A DNA stretch of 64,000 nucleotides, from contig CM097885.1 of NCBI GenBank assembly GCA_044892525.1, positions 142,724,001 through 142,788,000 on the forward strand. The letters run 5' to 3'. The stretch's first letter is position 1. Every line of letters starts with the position of its first letter. Positions 11,901 through 24,459 of the stretch are shown here, piece after piece. Source of the DNA: Schmidtea polychroa. Lineage: Eukaryota. The position numbers and the translations under genes are program-made. The notes beneath the pieces are model-generated. The model was not told where the DNA came from. It saw nothing but the letters and a program-made list of their open reading frames with translations, and did not search any database.

Positions 11901-14900
11901 GTTTTCATCTTTTTTTTCGTAATAGTATCACAAGCGCTCACGACTTAATTCAAAAGATATTTCTTCTGGACATTTAGACAAAAATATATACATATCTGCG
12001 CTTTTAATACTTTTAACTGTCAGAGGTAATAAATTTGACTGGTTCCTTACACAAATTTGACCATCTCAATATATCCCGCATTTAATTTAGATTCAAATAT
12101 TGCGTAACAACTACAATATTACTTATTTTGAATACTATATAATATTTTCTTCGGGAGCCTAAATCTCGAAAACTAATAAGTGATTTGAAAATAAAAATAG
12201 GTTTGAACATATATTTTACGTATCTACCTGTACCTCGCTGGAATGCGCCTTATGCTAAAACACACTGTATAAACATAGTATGCATTACACACCCATTATT
12301 CCCCTTTAGACTACGCCTATGACAATAAGTCGATCTCGACACACTCTTAACAAAAAAAATAAATCTTGTATACAGAAAAGTTGGACACCCCTGCTATATA
12401 TACTATATATATTCTCTCAGAAAGCTTCCATTTGTAGGTACCAATCAAAAATAATATAAACATATTACATGGTAGCAAGAATGAATATTTTGTTTTTCTT
12501 AATTTTTCTAATGAATACATTCTGTTAAAAAACAGATCATTTTTAATATTAAATACAGTCATATTTTTTCAACTTAAATATTCTTCATTTTCAAAATTTT
12601 ATAAAATTTAAATTGTAGATCGTAATAAATTTCCAGAGATTTTAAACAAAGTAATTAAAAATCAGAATTTATAAACATTGTTAACCCGTTAAAATTCAAA
12701 AAAGTACCCTTTTACTGAAAATTTTTTTTCCCAAGAAATAATAAAATTAGTCAACAAAATTAAGTTCCCGTTTAACAAATTCGTCAAAACTAAATCCAAG
12801 ACAATAAAAATGAAAATTAATAATCCATTAATAGGCAAAACAAAAACTCATCAGCATAAAATAGTTTTGTTAAATTAACCTGATTTATAAGGTACTGAAT
12901 TTTGCAAAAAAATAAATTGACATAAATGATAGAAATATCAATACATATGTACTATTTTTGTTCTAACTGTAATCATTATTAATAAGTAGTAGAGTAGCAG
13001 ATATTATTGATTTTCCCAATTTAATATAATATTTGTTGATTTGACACAATTTAAAAATTTGTTTTAATCTTCAAATATATGCCGTTGGGCTTTCAAGTTA
13101 ACTTTTAAAGTCTTATTTAAGGACCAATAAAATTTAATTTTGAATGAAAGCAGCGTTAGAATTTCACAATATATGATTGGATGCACACATCAGATATTTT
13201 ATTCAAAGTACATTTTCCTAATAACAATTGAACGGGGCAAGTTCAGTTTTATATAACAAACTTTTTATTTTCTTCAGACATAAAAATAAAAATTATTAAA
13301 TTTTAAAAATTAAAAATTGGCTATTCAATATTTTATTTTATCAATATTTTAAAATTTATTGAAATAAAAATCTTTAAATATCTCGTTATAACAAAAATTA
13401 GACTTGCCTTATTTTCAAAATTAACAGTTCAATTAATCAATTCCTGTAGAGATTAAAACATATTTGGAAAGATTGTGCTAAAATCAGTCAACTGAAATTT
13501 TATAACAATAACCTAAATTCTTATTTACTTTTTGATTTCCTGTTAAAATCAAAACTTATACTACTTGTAAGCGGATTTTTTAATGAGAATTGCTGTTAAC
13601 ATGTTGTGAAAATAATCAAATTTCAAAGTGAAAAAATCAGGAATTATTTAACAAAGAAAAATTTGGAAATAACATTAAATTTGTAATTTATGGTGAATTC
13701 TTTAACTAATAAAATAGGTTTGTTTTAGTTATTTATTCGATTATAATTTTAGTAAGAGGGGATTTAGTTTTAGAATTTTTGAAGTTTTAAAATACAGATT
13801 CAATGTTGGAATTGACCTTTTTTGGTTCTACAGATTGACCCCCTGAAAATGTCTAAAACATCAAAAAACGTAAATATCAAATCAGAAATGGCTATGAAAA
13901 ATCAATTAAATGAATTGTTTGGTGATAATTTTTTTTTCAAATTAACTCCCTGTATTACTTAGTTTAAAAATTTTTGTTTGAATGGAGTAATTTTTCTGCA
14001 CTGAAACGCGAATACAAATTTGAATATTTAGTTTAAATAAATTAAGTTAATGTGTCGATAAAAGTGAATTCCACGGTTATGAATTTATTTTTTCGACACC
14101 GTCCGGGAAGATTATTTTGAAAACTAATTACCCTACCAAGCATGTATCTGAATTTCTAACCTTTTTGTTTTCGAAATGATGTACAGTTCTCCTGATATTT
14201 AAAACATTCATAGGCGAATCAAAAATTTTAATAAGATAATATATGTGTGTCAATGGAATAAGTGTATTTTAACGCATTTAATTATTATTATTTTATTATC
14301 TGTACGCGGTTCTACTATCGCTCATAATATGTGTCCCTCATAATATGTGCTGAAGTATTAGTGGTTCCATGGTAACCCATTGGCTATTCCGCCAAAGTTC
14401 CTCTGTGATACTTTCTAAGAAAATATTTAAATAATTTTCAACCACTATTGCACTCTCCATTTATGTCGAAACCGCCAATCTCAGATTCATTCAGATGCAT
14501 TACCGTCCTAGATCCTCACACGAGAAGTTTCGTGTAGAGTTAGATCTTGTGGATAGTCAAAATCGAAACAGTATATGATTGAGATTATCCGGCTTAACGG
14601 TAGATGGCTCCGGTTAAAAAATGAATCAACACAGATACTTTTCCGGAAGGTACATTCTTGACATGTCTTGATTGTATGTGCCCAGTTAACAATCGACATT
14701 ACATGTTGGATATTGTATACCAGTCTTCAGTAGACGTCTTTCTGTCAGCCATTCGGTCATCGATCAGTTTAATAATTTAAAATTATAAATGTTAAATGTG
14801 TTAGAATGCCGGTGACTTTTCCATCGACTAAACACCTACACAGGTTCCAATAATTAAATACGCTAAAATACACTTTACCGTTTCAATAAATAATGTTCGT

Positions 14901-17900
14901 TAAACAAAATATTTCAATGAGATTTTCAAATATATTTATATTTCACAATCATTCAACACAATATACCATTTATTAGTTTATTTAATATTTCCATCTATTA
15001 AATTTATAAAATTTTAATGATTCATAAATTGATTTTACTTTTAAAATTTATTCTATAAATTTTCATATTTCTATATATTTAAATTTAATTCTTAATTGTT
15101 TTTATTGTAAGTATGGTGACCCAAAATTGACATAAAAAATAAAAAATGGCATTATATTTTTGACAAATTGGCATTTTATGGCAAATTTAATAATTTTAAT
15201 TAAATTTTAACAAAATGATGAGTTAAAAATTCATTACGGATAAAAATAAAAATTAATATTGTTAAACATAAAAATAAGTCAGTTAAATTAAACTCAATAT
15301 TTTCTTCATCAACAAATAATATGCATGAAAATTAATTAATTTTCTCCATTGGGAGTCTTTTCAAAAATATAATTAATATTATATTTAAACAAAAATCATG
15401 TTTTTTAAAAAATTAAAAATGGCATTTGGGTCCCTTAATTATAAGTTTAACAACTTTTTCGCATTCCCTTTTAAAAAACGTTTCAGCCACTCAATGTTTC
15501 TGATTATACATTTCCCACTTCCCATCTTTACTTCAACACTTTTCTCATGTCTTTATTCAATAATCTTTCATTGACCTTCATATTTGTCATCAACTTTATT
15601 TCTAGTATCTTTTTCATTAATACCAGGTCTCCCACTTTGAATATTATATCACTGGTATTATTGTCATTTTCGATTTGCTTTGATTATTTGTCTATCTATT
15701 CAACAAAAATCTTTTTTTCCAAAAACCAATACACCTCGTGTTTTATTAATTAATTTCTGAAACGTAAATAACATAAATTCTAGCTATTGTGGTATCTCTA
15801 CCCAATTTTATTGAATTTTATCTTTCAACTTTATATTAAATGCATCCAGTATTATACGGAATAATCGCTCAATCTATCTAATTACTGAATGATGGTATAG
15901 ACTCGACCCATACATAGATTTTTCATATATATTTGATTGCCCTACAAAATTAGCTAACGTGATCGCCATATTAGAGTTACCGTTTGTAGGTAAAGAAATA
16001 AATGTAAAATATTTACTTATCAAGAACAAAAATAAGTAAGGCTGAACACACAATATTGAATCAATTTAAACATACATCAAATAACATTTATTGTAAATAG
16101 ATTCATTAAATGACGTGCAGCAGCACAATAAATTTTATAAAAATCAATATAAATTATTATAAGTAAATATAAATCGGATCAATAATAAGCAGTACAAAAA
16201 TTATAGCTAAAATCAGTGTATAAAAAATTTCAAATCAGCTTACCTGCCACCATGATTTTGCAAATTCTATTGATGTGGCTGCCACAAACAAACAAAACAA
16301 TGAACCATATCCGAGGAGCAAAATAAAAAATTTATGATTATGAAATCCAACACAGTTACCAACCCTAAAGCAATTCAAATACACGGATTTATTTCTACCA
16401 ATAACATTTACCAAGGACAATGATGATCCATTCGTAAAAGGCACCTAAATTTAAATAGTGAAAAAAATAACTATTAACTGGAATTATATTACAATTGTAA
16501 AAATTACTCTTTAAGAAAATAAATTAAATTTATTTAATAATAATAACACGAAATATTAGATAAAAAAAAAATAAATAATTGTTAAAAAAATATCAAACAC
16601 ACAAAAGATGGTTGCTAAAGCTTATCAATACTTAATAATCTGTTGTAATATAAATCTTAAAATTTCTCATCATAATAAACACTGGACTTCAGTTCCCATA
16701 TAGTATTAATAGTAAATGAAGATAGAACTGTTCATTATAATTAATTTATTGAAATGTTTCGTAAAGAATAGAACAACTTTTATCAAAAACACGTAGGTAT
16801 ATAGTCTATGATAGATTACCAACTCAATTTCATTCATTTTAAATATTATTTATGCATTTAAACCAAAAATCATATATGAAAAATATGTCAGATAATGAAT
16901 CAACCTAGACGACATAATTCACGGAATGCTCATGATATAGTGTGATAAATATTTAGGTTCACTTGTAGTTTAAACACATAATTATCACAGAACATGTGCT
17001 TTTTTGAAATTCAATGACAACTAATATTTTGGTGAATATAAAAAGCTTTCAGGTCCTAAAATGCATAGATATTTATTTTTATCCTGATCTGGAGACAAAA
17101 TTTATTATAATAATTGTTGTATATAAAAAGTGAAAATCTATTATTTCTTACTGAAATATGTCAATGAAACGAAATGCACAATGAACTCACCTTTAATTTT
17201 ATTAAATATATTTATTTGATAAAATCAATATTTTTAATTTTTATTTTGAATAGAAAATTAACCATTGAAAAGACGTGCTGAATAATCTTTTCTTAAAAAA
17301 TCACTGGATTTTTATAGATTGAGAAATTTCTACACAAATAAAATTATTTTCAAAGATTTCAATTTACTGCTGCTAATATATAGAAATTCAAAATAGGAAT
17401 CCCGTAACTTTGTGTCACTTAAACCAGCACAGGTTATTTTCCTCTGAGTTTGTTACGAAATAAAGTTAAATAATTAATAACATATTCATTTGTCGAAAAG
17501 TTTATGACGGTGAGGGGAAAATAGAGATAAAAGCTTTCATTACAGTTTTAACGCTTCCAAACAATCTTTGTGCTACGAAAGAGAACTGAAGAATGTATGA
17601 TGCTGACTTTTGTAAAGCCGTAACTCACTATAACGAGCAGAGGCGTACCGCCGGTATTCGGAACCCGGGTACAAGGCATAAATTTTGAGGTGCCATTGAA
17701 AAATAAGAGCACGGTAGTCAATACTCAATATGACATAATAACACTATTACCAAAAAAAGGCATTTTGAAGAAAAATTTAACTGCTACAACGACAACAAAA
17801 ATGTTACCAACAGGTAGTTTATGTCAACCGCCAGTCAATGCGCCCATTCCAAAAATTCATCAGACTACATTGATTTTTCTCGCATATATGCCCGCAAATT

Positions 17901-19634
17901 TGTCAATAATAGCGTTTTTGACGAGTCGGAAATTTTATATATATATATATACATAAAGTGGCGTAGCTACCATATAGCAAGAGTAAGCAATGCATAGGGG
18001 CCCACAATACAGGGGAGCCTTTTTTCCAAGTTTCCTTAATTTTCTTCAGAAAACAATGTCAAACAACGGCACGGTCGGCACCAGTCAACAGGGACCTCCA
18101 AATGATCGATTTGTGGTTTTATGTAATAAAGCTCCACTATCTTGTTTACTTATTGCATTAAGTACATTATCTACCTGCATTTTACCTATTTATGCAATCC
18201 CCTCTGCCTCTCCCTCGCTAATAATATACTGTATAAGAAAGCAAAGGAGGACCCAAAAAAATCTTTTGTCTGCAGCGCAAAACGGTTCTGTAACTATAAG
18301 CCCTTCTTTCAATTAACACTCTCCCCTCCCCTTAAAAAAATCTTGGGTAGGCCTACGCCACTGGTCTCATACCGTACAAAATAAACAAGGTGTTCCATCA
18401 AAATTTCGAGAGTTACGATGTGTTCCGTCGCAGGAAAAGTTTGGGAAACCGTAGTCTAATTCAATTGTGCTTCCAAAGGGGGCCAAAAAGGTTTTTTCCT
18501 GCGGCGCTATGGTGCTCTGCACCTATTTCACTTGTGAATGCAGTATAAGGGGCCCACCTATGACTCATTACATAAGGGCCCAAAATTTCTAGCTACGCCA
18601 CTGTACATAAATATAAGATCATATTATGGAAGATCTTCTATTATATGTTCGTTGCTTATTAATATGTGGTTCATTTGTCTGAAGTTACGAATCAAATTTG
18701 ATTAACGGAACTATAAAAAGCTTAAATTGCAAAAACCCATTAAAATGGAACCGGTTAATAAGCACTATAAATCCAAAGTCGATTAATATAATGGCCGAAA
18801 TTTCACCTTTTAAAAAATCAATAACAATTTTCAAAATTCAAATTTATACAAACCACCAGGTTTAATATGGATTTATTGATTCGAATAATCGGAGTTTTAT
18901 TATATTAAAGTTTTTGTGCGGATTAAACACACAAAAACTGATCCAATGAGATCATTAACCCGAAAACATTCAGCAAACAAATAGTAACTATACAATTAAT
19001 CATTTTCAAAAATTTTTAATTTAATTACTCAATATTAAAAAACTTTGTTTACAACAGATAAGTTAAAAATTCATTACTTACCTTCCACAAGATGAGCAGT
19101 GGTGAGCTCTATCGGGTTTAATAAGCTGACAAATAGAACAGAATCTGATATTTGAGCCAATATCACGAGTGTAAACTGTAAGATTTTTTTTTACAATCAA
19201 TTCCTCTAAAAACTTTCTCCATTTGTCTCGATCGGAATTAATGTCCAGTGATAAAGAATGTTCTTGAGAATCCAGAAAAAACTAGAATGTACATAATTTC
19301 ATATATTAAAAAATTAAATTTAACTTCTAATGGAATAGGAGGTGGCTTTGAAATTACTGCTTTGACATATGAATAAATAAATAGAAGCACCAATAAATGG
19401 TAAACTAAAATATAAAATACTACAAAGCAGTTTATAATTTTTAATTTTCATAAATTTATTTACCCTTTTGAACAATACTTTTGGACCATACTAAACAAAA
19501 ATTAAAAAAGCTTAACAACTAAATATAATCATACTTATACACAATTCTATAACATATGCATAATATGACCAACAAACCACCACTAATATTAAATATACAA
19601 GAAAATATCGGGTTACATCACAAACTTGTATCAT
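8993..19634 (-). CDS. zdhhc2/15/20-like: DHHC-type palmitoyltransferase, ZDHHC2/15/20 subfamily (spliced gene)
   Basis: Exons 19634-19535, 19490-19464, 19419-19325, 19281-19082, 16444-16412, 16364-16244, 9447-9315 and 9273-9150 have GT-AG boundaries and consistent phases. The last exon (to stop ~8993) is uncertain. Motifs: [60 protein letters not shown]..N....G...WFIP. Confidence 0.93.
9150..9447 (-). CDS. ZDHHC exons 7-8 (TM4, TTxE motif, C-terminal FxLG...WFIP motif)
   Basis: HIYLTINNQTTL|ESMRRSVF...FNLGAIENLKELMGDSVCSWFIP; 41-nt intron at 9274-9314. Confidence 0.9.
9959..11252 (+). mobile_element. Tigger/pogo-family DNA transposon, internally deleted, in a ZDHHC intron
   Basis: TIRs (C/T)AGGTAAACGTCGTTTTACGC, with TA target duplication at 9957-58 and 11253-54. 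Transposase remnants KMEKMLALWVD (CENP-B HTH) and IFNFDETGLYWKKLPSRTFISREE...KDRLTVLL (DDE_1 start). Confidence 0.9.
14330..14760 (-). pseudogene. Merlin/IS1016-like transposase remnant
   Basis: Frameshifted pieces TCQECTFRKSICVDSFFNRSHLPLSRIISIIYCF, IGGFDINGE..IVVE and YLNIFLESITEELWR resemble Merlin-type transposase blocks. No TIR pair found. Confidence 0.55.
16244..16444 (-). CDS. ZDHHC exons 5-6 carrying the catalytic DHHC motif
   Basis: 33-nt exon (R)[10 protein letters not shown](W), 47-nt intron, 121-nt exon [17 protein letters not shown]...WWQ. Confidence 0.93.
17638..18603. mobile_element. Nested cluster of hAT-type MITEs
   Basis: Left-type ends CAGAGGCGTACC (17638) and AGTGGCGTAGCTA (~17957); right-type ends CTACGCCACTG (18363) and TAGCTACGCCACTG (18603). 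TACATAAA flanks both 17957 and 18603. Confidence 0.7.
19082..19634 (-). CDS. ZDHHC exons 1-4 (TM1, TM2, start of the Cys-rich domain)
   Basis: MIQVCDVTRY...WSYYAYVIELCI; 27-nt microexon; FYILVYHLL...KPPPIPLE; ...[12 protein letters not shown]. Introns are 44, 44 and 43 nt. Confidence 0.88.
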
Positions 19635-20543
19635 TTTCCATAAAATTTTAAAATTGAAATGCTGTTGTTTACTTTAATTATTAAAACTAGCAAATTCTTT
19701 AATAATTATAAACTATACCTTTTTATGAAATTTAATAAATATTTTTATTAGATATCCTTTTAAATTATTGATGTGTAAAACTTATCTATGAATTTATCTA
19801 TAATAAATTTTAGTAATATAGTTCGAGTAAAAATGAAAGAAGTAAATATTTAAATAGTTTACAAGTGACAAATATTGTATCTATTTCTAAATATATTTCA
19901 ATAAGATTTCATTTTAATGTCTAAATAACTTATTTACTTCTATTGATCCCTGTAATGTATTGTAATATCTTACTTTTTTTATTTTGTTGTTTATATTTGT
20001 TAAATGTAAACTACAATCTCGCACGTTGCATGTGGAGAAGAATTTGTTTTTTATTTATATTTTTTATTAAAAAATTATATAGTGATAATTTACCTTGGTA
20101 AATTATCGCTATAGAAAATTGAATAAAATAAAAAAGTAAATAACAATAAAGCAACAATATTTGCAAAAAAATTATAGAGTCTCATTCAAATTTAATATCC
20201 ACAATTCTTATCAAATAACAAGGAATATTCCATTCAACTTTAATATCTACTATTCTTATCAAATAACAAGGTATATTCCATTCAAACTCAATATTAACAA
20301 TCCTCACCAAATAACAGGTTGATTAATTAGTTGATTTTGATTTTAATAAATATTGTAATAATTAATTGTTACATTATATTATATTATTTTTATTATTCCC
20401 TTTTTATTTGTTGGTTGAACAAAGCAATACATACACGCACCTCGATTGTCCCGCTATTATATTTTACTAAACGGTGACTCTTTCGGGCTCTTCAAGTTTC
20501 TGGTAATATAAGGACTTAATCACGTGTATTTTCCCAACATAAT

Positions 20544-20561
20544 TGGTGTCAGAAGTGGGAT
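20544..20561 (+). promoter_or_regulatory. Primer-binding site TGGTGTCAGAAGTGGGAT
   Basis: Typical Gypsy PBS 4 nt after the LTR end. Confidence 0.85.
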
Positions 20562-20732
20562 ACAACAATAACACACACGCACTCAGCATTCGTTTTTTTT
20601 CAATCACGAAACCTTTCAGTTTAGTTATTATAGAACTGTAAAGGCTAGTGACATTGTTGGCCGAACACAGTAGGCCATATCATTCAGATAAACTATTATA
20701 TATTTTTTTTAAACACAACAACAAAACAATAA

Positions 20733-21519
20733 ATGGCAATTAATCAAACAAACCCGATAAATACTACACAGATACCCAACATTAACGAAAACACACAACT
20801 CAAAAAAGCAGTAATTATTACTACAACCCCGACATTTCATCCGCGGTAAACGCAATACTTAACCCTAAGACAAACATCCCAAAAATCTTTACAGACCACA
20901 ACGGGACACCACAAAAATGGCCAGAATTCGCCAAACTAACATTAAGTCTATCAGGCATCAAATCATCAAAAACAGTTTGTTCTCACATAATTGCCACCCT
21001 TCCAAGCAACATCCTCAACGAAATAGCCGATAGAATAGAGGAAATATCAAAGGATGACAACCCTTCGAAAATTTATACAACACCCTAATAAACAGGAACA
21101 AAATAAACAGACGAGAACTACTCGAATTCTGTTTAAAAGACATACAATTGGGTAATGACAAACTGTTTGAATTCCTGCGAAACTTAAAAGCAAAACTCGA
21201 ATACTTACAACCCAAAATAACAGGCACCGGGTCAAAAGAGTGTATTAAAGACCTATTCTTGCGAGGAATGCCATCTGAAATACGCCGGATTCTAGCTGTC
21301 AGCAACTGTACAGACCTCGAAATTCTGGCAAATATAGCCGACAAAATCAACGACGAAATATACCCGACAATATGTAGAACATATCAAAACAAAAATTATT
21401 CCAAAAACAACGACCAAAACATCCCGGTACACAATAGCTCAGAAACAACAGAAACGAACAAACGTCTATCAACTTTGGTAACAAAATTCGACGAAATAAT
21501 TATCGAAAACAAAGTCTAA
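20733..21519 (+). pseudogene. gag: Gypsy gag remnant
   Basis: LFEFLRNLK...DLFLRGMPSEIRRIL...LANIADKI; frameshifted. Confidence 0.75.
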
Positions 21520-21719
21520 GAAAAGATATTACTGAAATACAAAGAAGAGAATCCAGGAGAAAGCAATATTATGAAAACAGGCAAAATTATCCAAGACAAA
21601 ATACAAGATCAAGCATTAGCAACAGCTTTGACAGAAATAAAACATGGAACAACCATAATAAATCCACAAACCAAAAATATGGTTACTACCACAATAAATT
21701 TTCTGAATAAAGCATACAA

Positions 21720-24450
21720 ATGCAACAAACCCTGCATCTTCGACAAAGAAGAGTCGGGAAACATATAAAGTCACCAATCATATCACTGACAATTGGTGAC
21801 AGCCAAACTTTCACGGTGCATTGCAATGGCCTTAATTTTCTTGTTGATTCAGGTTCAATAATTTCATTGTTACCGAATTACCTATACAAAAGCACAAAAA
21901 CTGAAACCGCGAATTTGTGCACAGCAAACGGCAGCCCAATTAAAACGTTCGGAAAGCAAAACACTAACATCACCATCAACAACACACAATACAATTGGCA
22001 ATTCACTATCGCCAAAGTCAAACAAGCCATTTTAGGAGCAGATTTCCTCTCAAACTTCAATCTACTAGTTGATTGTAAGAATGGAAAAGTCATACCAAAC
22101 AATTTAAATAACATACACCACAAAAAATAAACAATCTAAAACACAAATAAATTGTGACATTGGAGTATTAACAGTTCAACACGGTGAAACAAAAACAAAT
22201 AAAACAGAAACAAACTGGCATATACCTAATGAAATCGCAAAACTGATACAAAATGTACCAAATATAACTAATAAATTAGAGACAAACAATAACACAAAAT
22301 GCATAACCGAACACATAATAATTAGCAACGGAAACCCAGTCCATGCAAAAGTCAGACGATTAGACAAAAATAAACTCGAAATAACTAAGAAAATATTCGA
22401 CGAACTACTAGAAAACCAAATCGTCAAACACTCAAACTCAAACTGGTCATCAGCTCTCATGCTTAAAGAAATGGCGAGTCTGTATCAATATCAACAATAT
22501 CACAACATCCTACAAATACCCAATTCCAATAATAAACGATATCATTAACATATTTAACAAACCCAAAATCTTCAGCAAAATAGACTTTAAAAAAGCCTAT
22601 CATCGAAATCCTGTCAGAACGGAAGACATAAAAAACAGCAATCATCACACCCTAACCCATAGGACCTTTTGAATATAACAAAATGCCTTTTGGATTAAAA
22701 AATGCAGCAGCCACTTTCCAACGCTTCATAGACCAAATATTTCGAAATCAACAGATTACAGTTGCATACCTAGACGACATCCTGATAACATCAGCAAACA
22801 AAACAGAACATATACAAAATATTAAAAATGTGTTCGAAATATTAAGTAAACATGAACTAAAAATTAACATAAAAAATGTGAATTTTTGTAAACAGAAAGA
22901 AAATTTTTGGGACACCTGTTAAACGAAAACGGAACAAAACCATTAGACGACATAATCAAAGCAATCAAAAATTATCCTTTACCTAAAACAACAAAAGAAC
23001 TAAGACGTTTCCTTGGCATGATCAATTGCTATCACAAATACATACCAAAATGTAGTTAAATGCTAGCCCCTCTCAACGAACTGAACAAAATAAAGAGAAA
23101 CATCAAAATAAATTGGAACGAAAAACTAATAACAGCTTTCGAACAGGCAAAAGAAAACCTGAAAAATGCAAGCATCCTAAGCTATCCCAACCAAGAATTA
23201 CCATAAATAGTCAACACAGATTGTTTGGGATTAGCAATGGGCGGAACTAAGAATAAAATAACGAAAAAAGACCAATAGCTTTCTTCTCAAAGAAACTCAA
23301 AACTCACCAAATGAGATACTCCGCTTTTGACAGGGAGTTATTAGCACTACATGATACAATCAGACATTTCCAATACCTATTGGAAGGAAAGGATTTTGAA
23401 ATGTATACCGATCATAAACCCTTAATAAATGCAATGAACATGAAAAATCCTTCACCGAGACAAATAAGACAATTAAACTATATCTCACAATTTGATTGCA
23501 AAATAAAATACCGTATATACTCGTGTATAAGCCGATCCGCATATAAGCCGAAGTGAGTTTTTATAGTTAATTTTTTGTCCAAAATCAAGTACCGTATATA
23601 AGCCGAGGTAAAAAAAATAGCTAAAATGTGACGAATTATTTAAATAATCACAAAATCTTGTTTTTGACATGTTAGCTTAAAAATTAGCTTAAAAAATTGC
23701 CCAAAATTTCTCGACTTATACACGAGTATATACGGTACATAGCATGTTCAGCTAACATAAGTGCAGATGCATTATCAAGAATAGAAACTGACATTAATGC
23801 ACTTAACATACCACCCATCATAGAGTTAGAAAATTTAAAAACTAAACAAAAAGAAACAATAATCAAAACTCCAAGGTTGAATTCACTCCAATTGGACGAA
23901 ATAGACGGCATATGGTACGACACTTCAAACGACTATAACAAAAGGATTATAGTACCAGCAGAACTGCGCGATCAATACCTCCAGAAATATCACAACATCT
24001 ACCATCCGGGAAACAAAGCCACATACGAACTTTTGCATACCAAAGTTGTTTGGCCTTATATGAGAAGGGACGTAAAAACGTTCGTAAAAAATTGCCCACA
24101 GTGTCAAAAGAATAAAATAACAACAAAACAATTCAAAACAACAATTGTAGAATTCCCAAGTTCTGAACCGTTCGAAACGATGCATATCGACATAGTCCGT
24201 CCTCTATCTCCAAATAATAAACACAAGTATTTATTAACTATAATAGACCGTAAAAGAAATTGGTTCGAAGCCATACCCATAAAAGAAATATCAGCAGCAA
24301 AAATATACAGTAAATTAGAATTAAACTGGTTCGCACGGTATGGCTGCCCAAAGACAATAATCAGCGATCAGGGTAGATAGTTCGAATCCGACATTTTCAA
24401 AGGACTTTGCAAAAAATATCACATCAACAAAATCAGAGCAACACCATACA
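21720..24450 (+). pseudogene. pol: Gypsy pol remnant (protease, RT, RNase H, integrase)
   Basis: FLVDSGS and ILGADFL (PR); MPFGLKNAAATFQR..YLDDILI (RT); YSAFDRELLA..YTDHKPL (RH); H..H..CPQC, HIDIV and IISDQG (IN). Confidence 0.92.
23511..23735. mobile_element. Tc2/pogo-type MITE inserted in the Gypsy RNase H
   Basis: TIR CCGTATATACTCGTGTATAAG with TA duplication. Removing it restores FDCKIKYIACSANISADALSR. Confidence 0.92.
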
Positions 24451-24459
24451 ATTTTTAAC

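Larger units (their letters stand above)
20409..24450 (+). mobile_element. Decayed Ty3/Gypsy LTR retrotransposon (5' LTR end, PBS, gag, pol; 3'-truncated)
   Basis: LTR ends CCAACA at 20539 (start uncertain; TGTTGG at 20409). PBS at 20544, gag from ATG 20733, then PR-RT-RH-IN order with many stops and frameshifts. Confidence 0.9.

Noticed and set aside
15110-15440. Possible MITE with GACCCAAA/TTTGGGTC ends
   Set aside because: The inverted repeat is short and there is no convincing TSD.
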